From IMG/VR virus record IMGVR_UViG_3300025529_000271: a stretch of DNA of 64,000 bases; one strand, given 5' to 3'. Position numbers and translations under genes: made by a program. A model generated the notes under the pieces. That model saw only the letters and a program-made list of their open reading frames with translations. It had not been told where the DNA came from and searched no databases. Shown here piece after piece: positions 36,136 to 45,615 of the stretch. Within the stretch, counting starts at the first letter, position 1. The number at the start of each line of letters is the position of its first letter. This stretch comes from an uncultured virus (IMG/VR IMGVR_UViG_3300025529_000271) (lineage: Duplodnaviria > Heunggongvirae > Uroviricota > Caudoviricetes).

Positions 36136-38251
36136 AGCTCCTGCAGTCAACGAAACGGACTTCCGTTTCATTGAGTTGAACAACATGATCACTCAACGCG
36201 GCGCGGACGGGTTTTTTCAGCTCGATAAAGACCGCGAAGCGATGGAGGAGTATCTGCGTTATGTCGACGCAAAAACGGTCAAGTTCAACTCCGATTTCGA
36301 GCGCGTGGTGTGGTTGATCGAGAATGGGTATTACGAGGATATTCGGAAATACTACTCCGATCATTTCATCATTGAAGCTCTGCATCAAGCTCGCAGTATC
36401 GATTCGCGTTTCTGCTCCTTCACGCAGGTATCCAAGCTGTGGGAAGAGTATCTCCTGCGTTCGGATGATCGGCAGTGGTTCCTTGAGGATTACCATCTTC
36501 GGAACGCCATTACTGCCCTTTCCATCGCTCGGGGTAACAAAGCTCGCGCGGTGGAGTACATTCGTGAGATTGGTACTCGTCGTCTGCAACCTGCAACCCC
36601 GGCGTACTCGAATTCGGGTAAGGCTAAGGGTGGTGAACGCGTTTCCTGTTTCTTGTTGACTTTCGATGACACAACCAACTCCATCGAGTACACGCTCGGT
36701 TGTATGGCTCAACTTTCCCGTATTGGCGGTGGAGTAGCTTTCGACCTTTCGAACATTCGGGCTTCCGGCGATCCGGTAAACGGGCGTAAAGGCACAGCTA
36801 AAGGGGTAGTCGGACTCGCTAAACAAGCTGAGCAGAAGTTTTTCTATTACGACCAAGGCGGACTCCGCAAAGGAGCTGGAGCGGGGTACCTTAACTGCTT
36901 CCATTTGGACATTATCCCGTTCCTTGATACGAAAAAGGTTACGGCTGATCAGAATGCTTTGCTCAAGCACCTCTCCATCGGGGTAATCATTCCGAAGAAG
37001 CTTTACGATCTGGCGGAAGCGAATCAAGAATTCTACGCTTTCAGTCCTTACGATATTCGCAAATATTACGGTATGCGCATGACGGACGTTGACTTTGATG
37101 TTTACTACGACACCTTTGTCAACGACGAGCGCATTCGGAAGAAGAAAATTATGAATGCCCGCGATTTTCTTGTAAAGATCGCGCAAATTCAAATTCAGTC
37201 GGGGTACCCGTATATTTTCAATATCACCAATGCGAACAAGCGTCATGCTTTGCATCGGGTTGGGCGTATCCTTATGACCAATCTCTGCACCGAGATCATG
37301 CAGTTGCAAGAAGTATCGGAAATCACCGATTATAACGTCGAGGACATCATTCGTCGTGATATTTCTTGCGTCCTTGCGTCGCTCAACATCACCAATGTCA
37401 TGGAATCCAAGTCGTTGGCGGATACGGTGCGCGTTGCTATGTTCCTGCTTTCGGACGTATCTGATGCGTCGGATATTGTTAACGCACCGGGGGTACGCAA
37501 AGCCAATCGTGAACTGCATTCGGTCGGTTTGGGTGCGATGGACTTGCATGGTTTCTTGGCGAAGAACCATATCGCTTACGAATCCTTTGAGGCGTTGGAT
37601 TTCGCTCGCACCTTCTTCATGATGATGAACTATTATTCGCTCGACGCGTCGTCTGACGTCGCTAAGGATCGGGGTAAATCCTTCGATGGTTTCGAGCTTT
37701 CCACGTATTATACGGGCGAGTACTTCGAGAAATATTTCATCAATGACTATCGCCCGAAGACGGAAAAGGTTGCCAAGCTTTTCGAAGGTATGCATATCCC
37801 GACGCCGGAGGATTGGAAGAAGCTGGCGCAGAAGGTTAAAATGCAAGGGCTGTACAACGCTTACCGTTTGGCTATCGCACCGACGCAGTCCATTTCGTAT
37901 GTGCAAAACGCAACGAGTTCGGTCATGCCGATTCAGGAAGTAATCACCAAGCGTTCGTATGCCAAGTCCACGACGTATTATCCGGCTCCGCATCTTACGC
38001 CGCAAAATCAATTCTACTTCAAGTCGGCGTACAATATGGACATGCGGAAACTGCTTGATCTTATCGCGGTTATTCAAGAACACGTGGATCAAGGGGTAAG
38101 CACGACATTGTATGTTCCGCAGGATATTAGCACGGCGGAGTTGGCAAGCTATTATGTTTATGCTAACAAGCTCGGTTTGAAGTCTTTGTATTACACTCGG
38201 AATCGGCGTAAGAACATCGAAGATGAACTTTGCGTCAGTTGCGCTGTCTAA
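36116..38251 (+). CDS. nrdE: class Ib ribonucleotide reductase alpha subunit
   Basis: QPATP, VSCFLL, TNLCTEI, SCVLASLN, IAPTQSIS, KSLYYTR, C-terminal CxxC; no ATP cone. Confidence 0.95.
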   Translation: MSSQISEAPAVNETDFRFIELNNMITQRGADGFFQLDKDREAMEEYLRYVDAKTVKFNSDFERVVWLIENGYYEDIRKYYSDHFIIEALHQARSIDSRFCSFTQVSKLWEEYLLRSDDRQWFLEDYHLRNAITALSIARGNKARAVEYIREIGTRRLQPATPAYSNSGKAKGGERVSCFLLTFDDTTNSIEYTLGCMAQLSRIGGGVAFDLSNIRASGDPVNGRKGTAKGVVGLAKQAEQKFFYYDQGGLRKGAGAGYLNCFHLDIIPFLDTKKVTADQNALLKHLSIGVIIPKKLYDLAEANQEFYAFSPYDIRKYYGMRMTDVDFDVYYDTFVNDERIRKKKIMNARDFLVKIAQIQIQSGYPYIFNITNANKRHALHRVGRILMTNLCTEIMQLQEVSEITDYNVEDIIRRDISCVLASLNITNVMESKSLADTVRVAMFLLSDVSDASDIVNAPGVRKANRELHSVGLGAMDLHGFLAKNHIAYESFEALDFARTFFMMMNYYSLDASSDVAKDRGKSFDGFELSTYYTGEYFEKYFINDYRPKTEKVAKLFEGMHIPTPEDWKKLAQKVKMQGLYNAYRLAIAPTQSISYVQNATSSVMPIQEVITKRSYAKSTTYYPAPHLTPQNQFYFKSAYNMDMRKLLDLIAVIQEHVDQGVSTTLYVPQDISTAELASYYVYANKLGLKSLYYTRNRRKNIEDELCVSCAV

Positions 38252-38271
38252 TGGTAAGGGGGTATTGAATC

Positions 38272-39369
38272 TTGGAACTGATCACGCAAGAAGAGTTGGT
38301 GCGTCGTCAAATCACCAACACTTATTTCAAGGCGGTTAACTGGAATAAGCCAGACGACGGTTTCACGTTGGATATTTGGTTGCAGAACATCGCACAGTTT
38401 TGGGTGTCTCGGGAGTTCCCGGTGTTGGAGGATAAGCTCGTTTGGGCGGATTTGACTCCGGCTCAGCGGACGGCGTATTCGCAGGTCTTGGTTGGACTGA
38501 CCGGGCTTGACACTAAACAAATGAACAGTGGCATGCCCGCTGTCGGCTTCGTGACGGAGAGCGATCAGCGTAAGACGCTCATTTCCTTCATGGGTGCGAT
38601 GGAGGGTATCCATGCGGAGTCGTATAGCGCTATTTTCAACACTCTGCTTACTTCGGATGAAATTTCGGCTCTGCACGAGTGGGGTGAAAATCAGCCGAAC
38701 CTTAACTATAAGGTTCAACGCATTAACCAGTATTACATGCGTGGACTCATTAATAAGGTCAACGGCACTTTGACGCTCCGCGATCATTTCCTGACGTTGG
38801 CGGCTTCGGTTCTCTTGGAGAGCTACCTGTTCTACAGCGGTTTCTTCTATCCACTGTACCTTTCCGGTAAGAGTATGATGACTGCCAGCGGTGAAATCAT
38901 TGAACTGATCCTTCGGGACGAAAGCCTTCACGGTCTGTACACGGGGGTACTCGCACAGGAAGTTCTCGCTTCGATGTCCGATTCTGAGCGGGAGGCGACG
39001 CTGAACGAGTTCCATGAACTGTTCCACGATCTGCATCGGAATGAGATTGAGTACACCCAGCGCGTTTACGACCCGATTGGGCTTACGGACGAAGTGGTCA
39101 AGTACGTCGAGTACAATGCTGACCGTGCGCACAGTCTGCTCGGGATCGAAGCTCCGTTCAATATCGATGCCGCGCAGGTCAACCCGATCATTCTCAATGG
39201 CATCTCGACGCAAACGAAGGATCACGACTTCTTCTCGATGCGGGGTAACGGCTATATGATCTCGGTCAATGTGCAACGGCTGGAGGATGAGCATTTCGTT
39301 GTTGAGCCGCCGCGTCACTTCGATGATATCACCGAAATGGAGTTGGCGGCACGGCGTTCGGCTTCCTGA
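38272..39369 (+). CDS. nrdF: class Ib ribonucleotide reductase beta subunit
   Basis: AVNWN, LDTKQ, MEGIHAESY, LESYLFYSGF, RDESLHG, HDFFS..GNGY. Confidence 0.95.
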   Translation: MELITQEELVRRQITNTYFKAVNWNKPDDGFTLDIWLQNIAQFWVSREFPVLEDKLVWADLTPAQRTAYSQVLVGLTGLDTKQMNSGMPAVGFVTESDQRKTLISFMGAMEGIHAESYSAIFNTLLTSDEISALHEWGENQPNLNYKVQRINQYYMRGLINKVNGTLTLRDHFLTLAASVLLESYLFYSGFFYPLYLSGKSMMTASGEIIELILRDESLHGLYTGVLAQEVLASMSDSEREATLNEFHELFHDLHRNEIEYTQRVYDPIGLTDEVVKYVEYNADRAHSLLGIEAPFNIDAAQVNPIILNGISTQTKDHDFFSMRGNGYMISVNVQRLEDEHFVVEPPRHFDDITEMELAARRSAS

Positions 39370-39627
39370 TCGGGTCTGATTGATCCGAGGTTGAAAATTC
39401 GGACTTTATATTTGACGGTTGGTTTCTTCTTCGATGGAGGAAACCAACCGTCTTTATTTTTGCTTTCGTCGCATGATTTTGAGTTTGGGGTACTGGCTTT
39501 CGGGAAACATTTCTCGAAGAAAAAGAAACAACTTTTTCGAGAAAGGATGTTTAACTTGCTTCTCAAGTGGATAACCTTAAGCTAGGTCGGTAAGGTTTAG
39601 AGTTCATGAAAAGGGGTGTAGACCGCT

Positions 39628-40443
39628 ATGGCTATTGTAAGAGACCGAGTTGCCAATTACGAGGAGGTAATTTCGATGGTTAACGGTAACGGTAACTTTA
39701 CTTCTTCTGTATCTGATGAAACGCCCGAGGTTTCTGCAGTTTCTGCGGAGGAAAAATCCACGGGGCGCACGGAGGCTAACGAGTATCTGGCGAATTATGG
39801 TTACCATCTGCTCCAGCAAGAGGAGAATGTTGAGGAGCTTGGTAAGGACTCCGGCACCTTGCATTTTGTTACTCTGCTTGGTTTGGCTTCGAAGCCGACA
39901 GTGCGGAAGATTAACGGACGTAACGTCACTTGCCCCACTACTATCGGGGTAACACTGGTGTCTGACAAGCAAATTGAAGTTCCGGTGATTGACCCTCGCA
40001 AGAATAAAGACACGGGAATCAATCCGGAACGCGACATTTCCTATCGCACTGTACCGGCTGGTGAGGAGTTCCATCTCAATATGTACGAATTGATGTACCT
40101 CATCATTCGGAATGAGTATGGTGGTTTCCTCAGTTATAAGGGTGACCCCAAGGGGGTATATTTCGCACCCAAGGTGGCGAAGTTCCATCGTGGTGAATCG
40201 AAGATGCCGACTCCGGTGCTTGCATTCAAACCTGCTTATGGTGCGATCAAAGACGTCATGATTCCGATTGATGAGAAGGTCAACGGTGAATGGCGTATTA
40301 AGGATAAGTATCGTAAGGAGTTTGGCGCTTTGGAGAAGGAAATGAAATCTCGCCGCAGTGCGATTCGACATATTCCTAATCAGACAGCCATCGCGGTGGC
40401 TCTGCAAGAGCGTCTGCTCGGTGGACGTCAGAAGAGCCATTAA
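39628..40443 (+). CDS. uncharacterised core protein B2; paralog of 33853-34626
   Basis: shares TGINPExDI...AGEEFxLxxYExMYL...EYGG...PKGVxFxP with B1. Confidence 0.85.
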   Translation: MAIVRDRVANYEEVISMVNGNGNFTSSVSDETPEVSAVSAEEKSTGRTEANEYLANYGYHLLQQEENVEELGKDSGTLHFVTLLGLASKPTVRKINGRNVTCPTTIGVTLVSDKQIEVPVIDPRKNKDTGINPERDISYRTVPAGEEFHLNMYELMYLIIRNEYGGFLSYKGDPKGVYFAPKVAKFHRGESKMPTPVLAFKPAYGAIKDVMIPIDEKVNGEWRIKDKYRKEFGALEKEMKSRRSAIRHIPNQTAIAVALQERLLGGRQKSH

Positions 40444-40461
40444 TAACAGTGTCCATAGCTC

Positions 40462-40490
40462 AAGGACGGGTATCCGTCCTTTTCTTTTTT
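40462..40490 (+). terminator. intrinsic terminator
   Basis: AAGGACGG-gtat-CCGTCCTT plus T tract. Confidence 0.8.
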
Positions 40491-40565
40491 GGAGTTTTCG
40501 CCGGACACCAGTTATATGGTATAGTTTTATGACTATTTACGGGGTATTTTTTGGAGGTGTCCTTT

Positions 40566-42026
40566 TTGGCGGAACTTACGTTGCCATTTCATAGAAAATA
40601 TCGTCCTCGGACTTTGGCGGAGTATGTAGGGAATGACCGTGTTAAGGAGCGCAGTTTGAATGCGGTTTCGGCATCGGTGCGTCCGCAGGTACTACTGTAT
40701 ACCGGACCCGCAGGTTGCGGTAAGACTACGATGGCGCGTCTTATGGCGAAGGAATATGTTTGTGAAAACCGCGATCCGGTTAAAGGGGCTTGCGGCGAGT
40801 GTTATTACTGCCGGGAGATGGATTACTTTATCGAAACTGGGGATGCGGGTAACCTCATGAACGTGCAGGAAATCGACGTTACCGATAGCAACAAGCGTCA
40901 AGATATTGACCGTTTGCTTGAGGATGCGTCTCAGCCCGATTTGGCGGGGAACTGGAAGGTCTATATTCTTGACGAGTGTCATATGATGACAGCAACTGCG
41001 CAGAACCGTTTGCTTAAGAACCTTGAAGAGCCTGCGGAAAAGGTACTTATGATCCTTTGTACCACGAACCCGGAGAAGCTTTTGGACACGATTCTCTCCC
41101 GCTGTCAGTACACATTCAAGGTCAAAAAGCCGGAGTTGCAGGATCTCATGGGGTTGTTGATTCGCGTCTGCAAAACAGAAGGTGTGGAATTTGACACAAA
41201 AGCCCTCAATCTGGTTTGTATCGCCGGGGATTTTGTACCACGTAAGGTACTGACTTCCTTGGAGCGGGTTGTACGTCAAGCGGGAAAGGTGACGTACTCT
41301 GTTACGCGGGAAGTCCTTGATATGACGTCGACAAAGTACTTTTTTGACTTCTATAAGTACTTGTTGGCACCTCAAATTGACATAAAGGGGTATATCACCT
41401 TCATCGCTAGCATCAAGGCGACAATGGATTTGGGGCAGTTTGTGGATGACCTTCTCGCTTTCACCATGCGTGGTTTGTATATTTACAGTGGGGTAAATAC
41501 CGAGTCATTGGACGAGTCGGAAATTGAGAATTACGTTAAGCTCTTTTCACAGTTCTCGACTGCTGATTTGGGAAATACTCTTGCAACTTTGCTGGATATT
41601 AAGTTTACTGGGGATCACGAAGTGCGTCTTATCCTTTTGGGTTATATGGGGCTTCGTGCAACGGTAGAGCCTGAGCTGTCGATGTCTCCCCAACCCGTTA
41701 AGGATGGTGGGACTACTCTGCAAAAGCGCACTCGTCAGCGTTCGGAGCAAGCAAAAAATATGGCGAAAATGATTTTGGAGAATGTCACTCCGGGTGAAGA
41801 GCAGACTTACGGTGAGCGTCTACACCAGCTTAGGACAACTATGTCGCAAGCGGAGTTCGAACAGTTCATTAAGCAGGGGACTCAACTTGTTGGTGGTGAT
41901 CAGCTTGCGGATACCTTCCAAGGTATGAAGGTTGACCCTACTCGTCAAGTTCCTAACCAATCGGCACCTTCGGTTCGTGATGAGCGGCTTGAAAGGTCTG
42001 GATTTTCGGGCTTTCCCGGTGTTTAA
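40566..42026 (+). CDS. dnaX: DNA polymerase III gamma/tau clamp-loader subunit
   Basis: RKYRP, Walker A GPAGCGKTT, Zn motif C...CGECYYC, ILDECH, LLKNLEEP, TILSRC. Confidence 0.92.
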   Translation: MAELTLPFHRKYRPRTLAEYVGNDRVKERSLNAVSASVRPQVLLYTGPAGCGKTTMARLMAKEYVCENRDPVKGACGECYYCREMDYFIETGDAGNLMNVQEIDVTDSNKRQDIDRLLEDASQPDLAGNWKVYILDECHMMTATAQNRLLKNLEEPAEKVLMILCTTNPEKLLDTILSRCQYTFKVKKPELQDLMGLLIRVCKTEGVEFDTKALNLVCIAGDFVPRKVLTSLERVVRQAGKVTYSVTREVLDMTSTKYFFDFYKYLLAPQIDIKGYITFIASIKATMDLGQFVDDLLAFTMRGLYIYSGVNTESLDESEIENYVKLFSQFSTADLGNTLATLLDIKFTGDHEVRLILLGYMGLRATVEPELSMSPQPVKDGGTTLQKRTRQRSEQAKNMAKMILENVTPGEEQTYGERLHQLRTTMSQAEFEQFIKQGTQLVGGDQLADTFQGMKVDPTRQVPNQSAPSVRDERLERSGFSGFPGV

Positions 42027-42168
42027 GCGGTTTTAACTGTGGGAATCAGCGCTTCTTGTAACGATATAAGATAATTTCGTTGTTCTTACGGTATAAACCC
42101 CAAATTTCGTGGCATCTTGTAGAATGAAGTCTATATTACCTCACCAAGGTGCATAGGGGGTATTGTGA

Positions 42169-43071
42169 ATGACGGCATTCTCGCCAAGAGTGTTACGGAA
42201 TTTGGGTCTTTTTATGACAGCTTTGCTTCTGGCACTGTCTTTTATGACTATGACCGTGCATGCAACTGATCTGAACGGAATCGGGGCTGATCCTACTCCC
42301 GCTCCGCAACAGCAACCTGAGCAAACGACTCAGCAAGCTCCGGTACAACAACCGCAACAAGCTACTGTGACTCCAACTGCTCCGAGTCAGGTTGGGCAGT
42401 CGCAGGGAAGTAACGATCCGTCTCAGTCGGTTCGAGACCTGTTCAATACGACGGTCTTGACTGACGAGGATATTGAAAAGAGCCGTAGTTTCGTTGAACC
42501 GGGCGCTCGGGTGATCAATCGAATCACGTTGGCGGTTTTCGCTATTTTGGGTTCGGTTTTGACCCTGATCTTTGCGTTGGATATGCTGTATTTGGCGGTT
42601 CCGTTCATTCGTCCGCTTTTGGTACGCGGTCAGCAACAGGCGGATAGCGGCATGGGCGGTATGGGAATGGGCTACGGTGGCGGTTATCGTGGCGGCTATG
42701 TCGGTTATGGTGGAGGAGCGCAGTCTTCGGGCGGGCGTTCGTGGCAGTTGGTGTCGGACGAAGCCATGCATGCCCTGCAGGAGTACCAGCAGTCGCAACA
42801 AGGGGCTGGTGGCGGCGCGGTAGGCGGCATGGGTATGGGTATGGGTTATGGTGGAGGTTATGGGGGTAGTTTTGGAGGTGGAGCCGCTGGCGGTCAGCAA
42901 CCTTCCATGACTTCTCGCATGATGATGGTCAATTACATGAAGCGTCGCGTGATCTTCCTTGTTTGCTTGGGGATGTCGCTGGTGTTGTTCATGAGTACGT
43001 TGTTCACCGATATCGGTATTTACTTCGGTGAGTGGGTCATGGATAAACTCTCCGGCATGATCGGACTGTGA
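42169..43071 (+). CDS. membrane protein with Gly/Met/Tyr-rich inserts; paralog of 44574-45512
   Basis: signal peptide (VHA), two TM helices, DMLYLAVPFIR..VSDEA..YMKRR. Confidence 0.75.
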   Translation: MTAFSPRVLRNLGLFMTALLLALSFMTMTVHATDLNGIGADPTPAPQQQPEQTTQQAPVQQPQQATVTPTAPSQVGQSQGSNDPSQSVRDLFNTTVLTDEDIEKSRSFVEPGARVINRITLAVFAILGSVLTLIFALDMLYLAVPFIRPLLVRGQQQADSGMGGMGMGYGGGYRGGYVGYGGGAQSSGGRSWQLVSDEAMHALQEYQQSQQGAGGGAVGGMGMGMGYGGGYGGSFGGGAAGGQQPSMTSRMMMVNYMKRRVIFLVCLGMSLVLFMSTLFTDIGIYFGEWVMDKLSGMIGL

Positions 43072-43086
43072 TGAGGGGTACTGGCT

Positions 43087-43371
43087 ATGTTTAAGAACTT
43101 GAATACGGTTAAGTATTGGAGGAGTCGCAAGGAAGCCAAACTTGCGGAAAAAGCCAAGGGTAATAAGTTGGTGGAGTACCGCTTGAAATTGGAACTACAG
43201 CAACTCCTTAACCAGTACCTTTCCTCCTATGATCGCATTATGTTGGAAGTTTCGCCAAAAGTTTTGACTGAATTCACGAACGTGATCGCGGATGAAGCCT
43301 TTAGTTGGTTGGTGGTCACGCAAGTGGATGCGAATAAGTACGTCTTCGCGGAACGTGAAGTCGCTATTTAG
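43087..43371 (+). CDS. hypothetical protein
   Basis: 94 aa ORF in operon. Confidence 0.7.
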   Translation: MFKNLNTVKYWRSRKEAKLAEKAKGNKLVEYRLKLELQQLLNQYLSSYDRIMLEVSPKVLTEFTNVIADEAFSWLVVTQVDANKYVFAEREVAI

Positions 43372-43387
43372 TAAGTGAGGTGTAGTC

Positions 43388-43822
43388 ATGGGTCTGCATA
43401 TGAAGCGCAACATTAGTAACCGCGCTCGTCGCATCGCTAAACAGTTGCGGGTGTCGTACACATTGGTTGAGGAAATTTTGAAAGCAGACAATCGGATGCT
43501 TCGACAGGACTTAGAGGCGGGCGAACGGGTGGTTATTGATGGTTTGACGACTATCACACCTTATCGGGACTCTATTACCGGGATGATTTATCCGCGAGGT
43601 CGGGTTTCTTCGGCGTTGCGGGAGCGTTTGAAGGTTATTCCGGCTCCCGCGCATTTGCGGACATTCGACATGTCGCGTATGGTTGCCCCGGATGATGAAG
43701 AGGACGATGATCTGGACTTGGTTGCGGAAGGTTCGGATGCTGGCAACTCGGGGAATTCAGGGGGTACTTCTTCTGTCGACAGCGATAGTCTCGCAGAGGT
43801 GGAAATTGACGAAGATTTGTAG
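43388..43822 (+). CDS. HU/IHF-like DNA-binding protein with acidic tail
   Basis: IAKQL....VEEIL....LEAGERVVIDGLTTI...SSALRERL matches the HU fold pattern. Confidence 0.6.
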   Translation: MGLHMKRNISNRARRIAKQLRVSYTLVEEILKADNRMLRQDLEAGERVVIDGLTTITPYRDSITGMIYPRGRVSSALRERLKVIPAPAHLRTFDMSRMVAPDDEEDDDLDLVAEGSDAGNSGNSGGTSSVDSDSLAEVEIDEDL

Positions 43823-43834
43823 GTTAGTTATAAT
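43806..43834 (+). promoter_or_regulatory. sigmaA-type promoter
   Basis: TTGACG-17 bp-TATAAT. Confidence 0.7.
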
Positions 43835-43878
43835 GCATACGGGGTACACTAAGATGCTGGCTTGAAGGGGGTGTTTAT

Positions 43879-44529
43879 TTGTTAGGTAAAACACATCGTG
43901 CGGGCGGAGTTGCCTTTATGATGGTTGGTTTTGAATATATGCGAATGAAGGGGATGTTGACCCCGGAAATTCATCCACTTCTCCAGTTGTCGATTATGTA
44001 CCCTGTCTCTCAATGGGCATCTACTTTACCCGATTTGGATCATCACTGGGAGAGTGTTGGGGCAAAAACGCCCGTTAATAAAATTGTGCATTTCCTGTTG
44101 CATTTAACCCGCCCGAAACATCGAAGTTGGCAAACGCACTCCTTGTTGGTCACTGGGGGTTTTATCTTTCTTCTGCATACCTTGGTCTTATACTGGGAGC
44201 AGGTCTTTGGGTTTGCGGCGTTCAACAGTGTAGAAGGCTTGATTATACGAATGTTATTGGTGGGTTTTGAGCTTGGTCTTGCGAGTCACTTGGCACTCGA
44301 TGCGTTGAATCCGAAGGGAATTCATTTGTACCCCGGTTTTAGGGTTCGACTTGTGCCTAAGACTAGCTTCTTTGCAACAGGTGGACCTTGGGAAACATTC
44401 ATGTTCTATTTGTGTAACATTATCAGCGCACTAGCGGCGATCAACCTACTTTTAAGTTTCTTTGATCATACTTTGTTCAGTTTATGGGACTTAATTGTAA
44501 GTTGGATCACCAGTAGATTTGGTTTCTAG
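43879..44529 (+). CDS. YdjM-family membrane-bound metal-dependent hydrolase
   Basis: GKTH, LPDLDH, HRSWQTHS, SHLALDALNPKG. Confidence 0.85.
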   Translation: MLGKTHRAGGVAFMMVGFEYMRMKGMLTPEIHPLLQLSIMYPVSQWASTLPDLDHHWESVGAKTPVNKIVHFLLHLTRPKHRSWQTHSLLVTGGFIFLLHTLVLYWEQVFGFAAFNSVEGLIIRMLLVGFELGLASHLALDALNPKGIHLYPGFRVRLVPKTSFFATGGPWETFMFYLCNIISALAAINLLLSFFDHTLFSLWDLIVSWITSRFGF

Positions 44530-44573
44530 TTTGACTTTAAGAAAAAGTCGGAAACTTCTGGGAGGGAGAACCA

Positions 44574-45512
44574 ATGGAGCAAGCTATTTATCGAAAGGGG
44601 TACGGTCGGTGGGTCTTGTCGCTTCTTTTGGCGATGGTGCTGGCGCTGTCTTTGCTTCCGACGCTGGTTTTTGCCGATGAGAGACCCAAGGAAACTTCAA
44701 TTCCGGCGACTGATCAGACAGCGATGGGTTGGTACTTCGCTGTTCTGGAGGAAAAAGGTATCGCACAAAAGGACACCACATCTGCGGGGACGGGGTACGT
44801 CATTAAAGGGAAGTCCAAAAACAATTCGATTTATAAGGGTGAAGAGGTAGTTGTTATTACGGCAGTGGGTACTTCTTCGACCGCTCCGGGAATGACTAGT
44901 CCTTCTTATAACATTAACAAGATCCAGTTCCATCCGGAGAACTTCAAAACTTTGCGGGATGAGGATCAGCGGAATATCACTGCCGAGATCATCAAAAACC
45001 TGCAGAACTCGGATGTATCGAAGCAAACTCAGCAAAAGCTGTTCGACGACATGAATAATGCCAGCCCGGAAATCTCTCGTTTGATCATTCCGATGCTGAT
45101 GGATGCAAGCTCGGCTGACGTTTATGGTGCGATGCGCGTGGTTTCTCCGTTCCTTCCGCTCTTGCGAGTGGTTTTGGGAATTATCGCTATCGGTGTTGTG
45201 TTCTCGCTTGGTTTCTTTACGGCGATGGACTTGTTCTTCATCGGTATTCCGTTTTTCCGCGATAAGATGCAAAGCAGGGGTGATGAACGGGGCGGCAAAA
45301 TTCCGTTTGTTTCTTATGACGCGGTATCGGTCGTCAATGAAACGGAGTCAGGAACAGGTGATGGGGGTTATAAGAACCCGGTCATCATGTACTTCAAGCG
45401 TCGGGCGCTTACGATTATCGCAGTTGGGGTCTGCTTGGTGTACTTGGTCTTCGGTGGACTCGGCGCACTGTTCTCGGGCTTCATGAGTTTGTTCAGCGGC
45501 TTCACTCTGTAA
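44574..45512 (+). CDS. membrane protein; paralog of 42169-43071
   Basis: signal peptide (VFA), DLFFIGIPFFR..VSYDA..YFKRR, two TM helices. Confidence 0.75.
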   Translation: MEQAIYRKGYGRWVLSLLLAMVLALSLLPTLVFADERPKETSIPATDQTAMGWYFAVLEEKGIAQKDTTSAGTGYVIKGKSKNNSIYKGEEVVVITAVGTSSTAPGMTSPSYNINKIQFHPENFKTLRDEDQRNITAEIIKNLQNSDVSKQTQQKLFDDMNNASPEISRLIIPMLMDASSADVYGAMRVVSPFLPLLRVVLGIIAIGVVFSLGFFTAMDLFFIGIPFFRDKMQSRGDERGGKIPFVSYDAVSVVNETESGTGDGGYKNPVIMYFKRRALTIIAVGVCLVYLVFGGLGALFSGFMSLFSGFTL

Positions 45513-45525
45513 TTCCTGTACTTCA

Positions 45526-45548
45526 AAGGACGCGAAAGCGTCCTTTTC
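45526..45548 (+). terminator. intrinsic terminator
   Basis: AAAGGACGC-GAAA-GCGTCCTTTT. Confidence 0.85.
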
Positions 45549-45615
45549 TATTTATACGAGGTTATTTGAACTCTATAGACTTTGACATAATTTGGGGTAT
45601 GGAGGGGAGTAATGT

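Noticed and set aside
35885..38092. Long minus-strand ORFs (735 aa here; others opposite 24.5-29 kb and 38-40 kb)
   Set aside because: Antisense shadows of codon-biased + strand genes, with no motifs or RBS.
38272..39369. Metal-free class Ie RNR, or intron/intein in the nrd genes
   Set aside because: All carboxylate/His ligands and the radical Tyr are present; ORFs are uninterrupted and of normal length.
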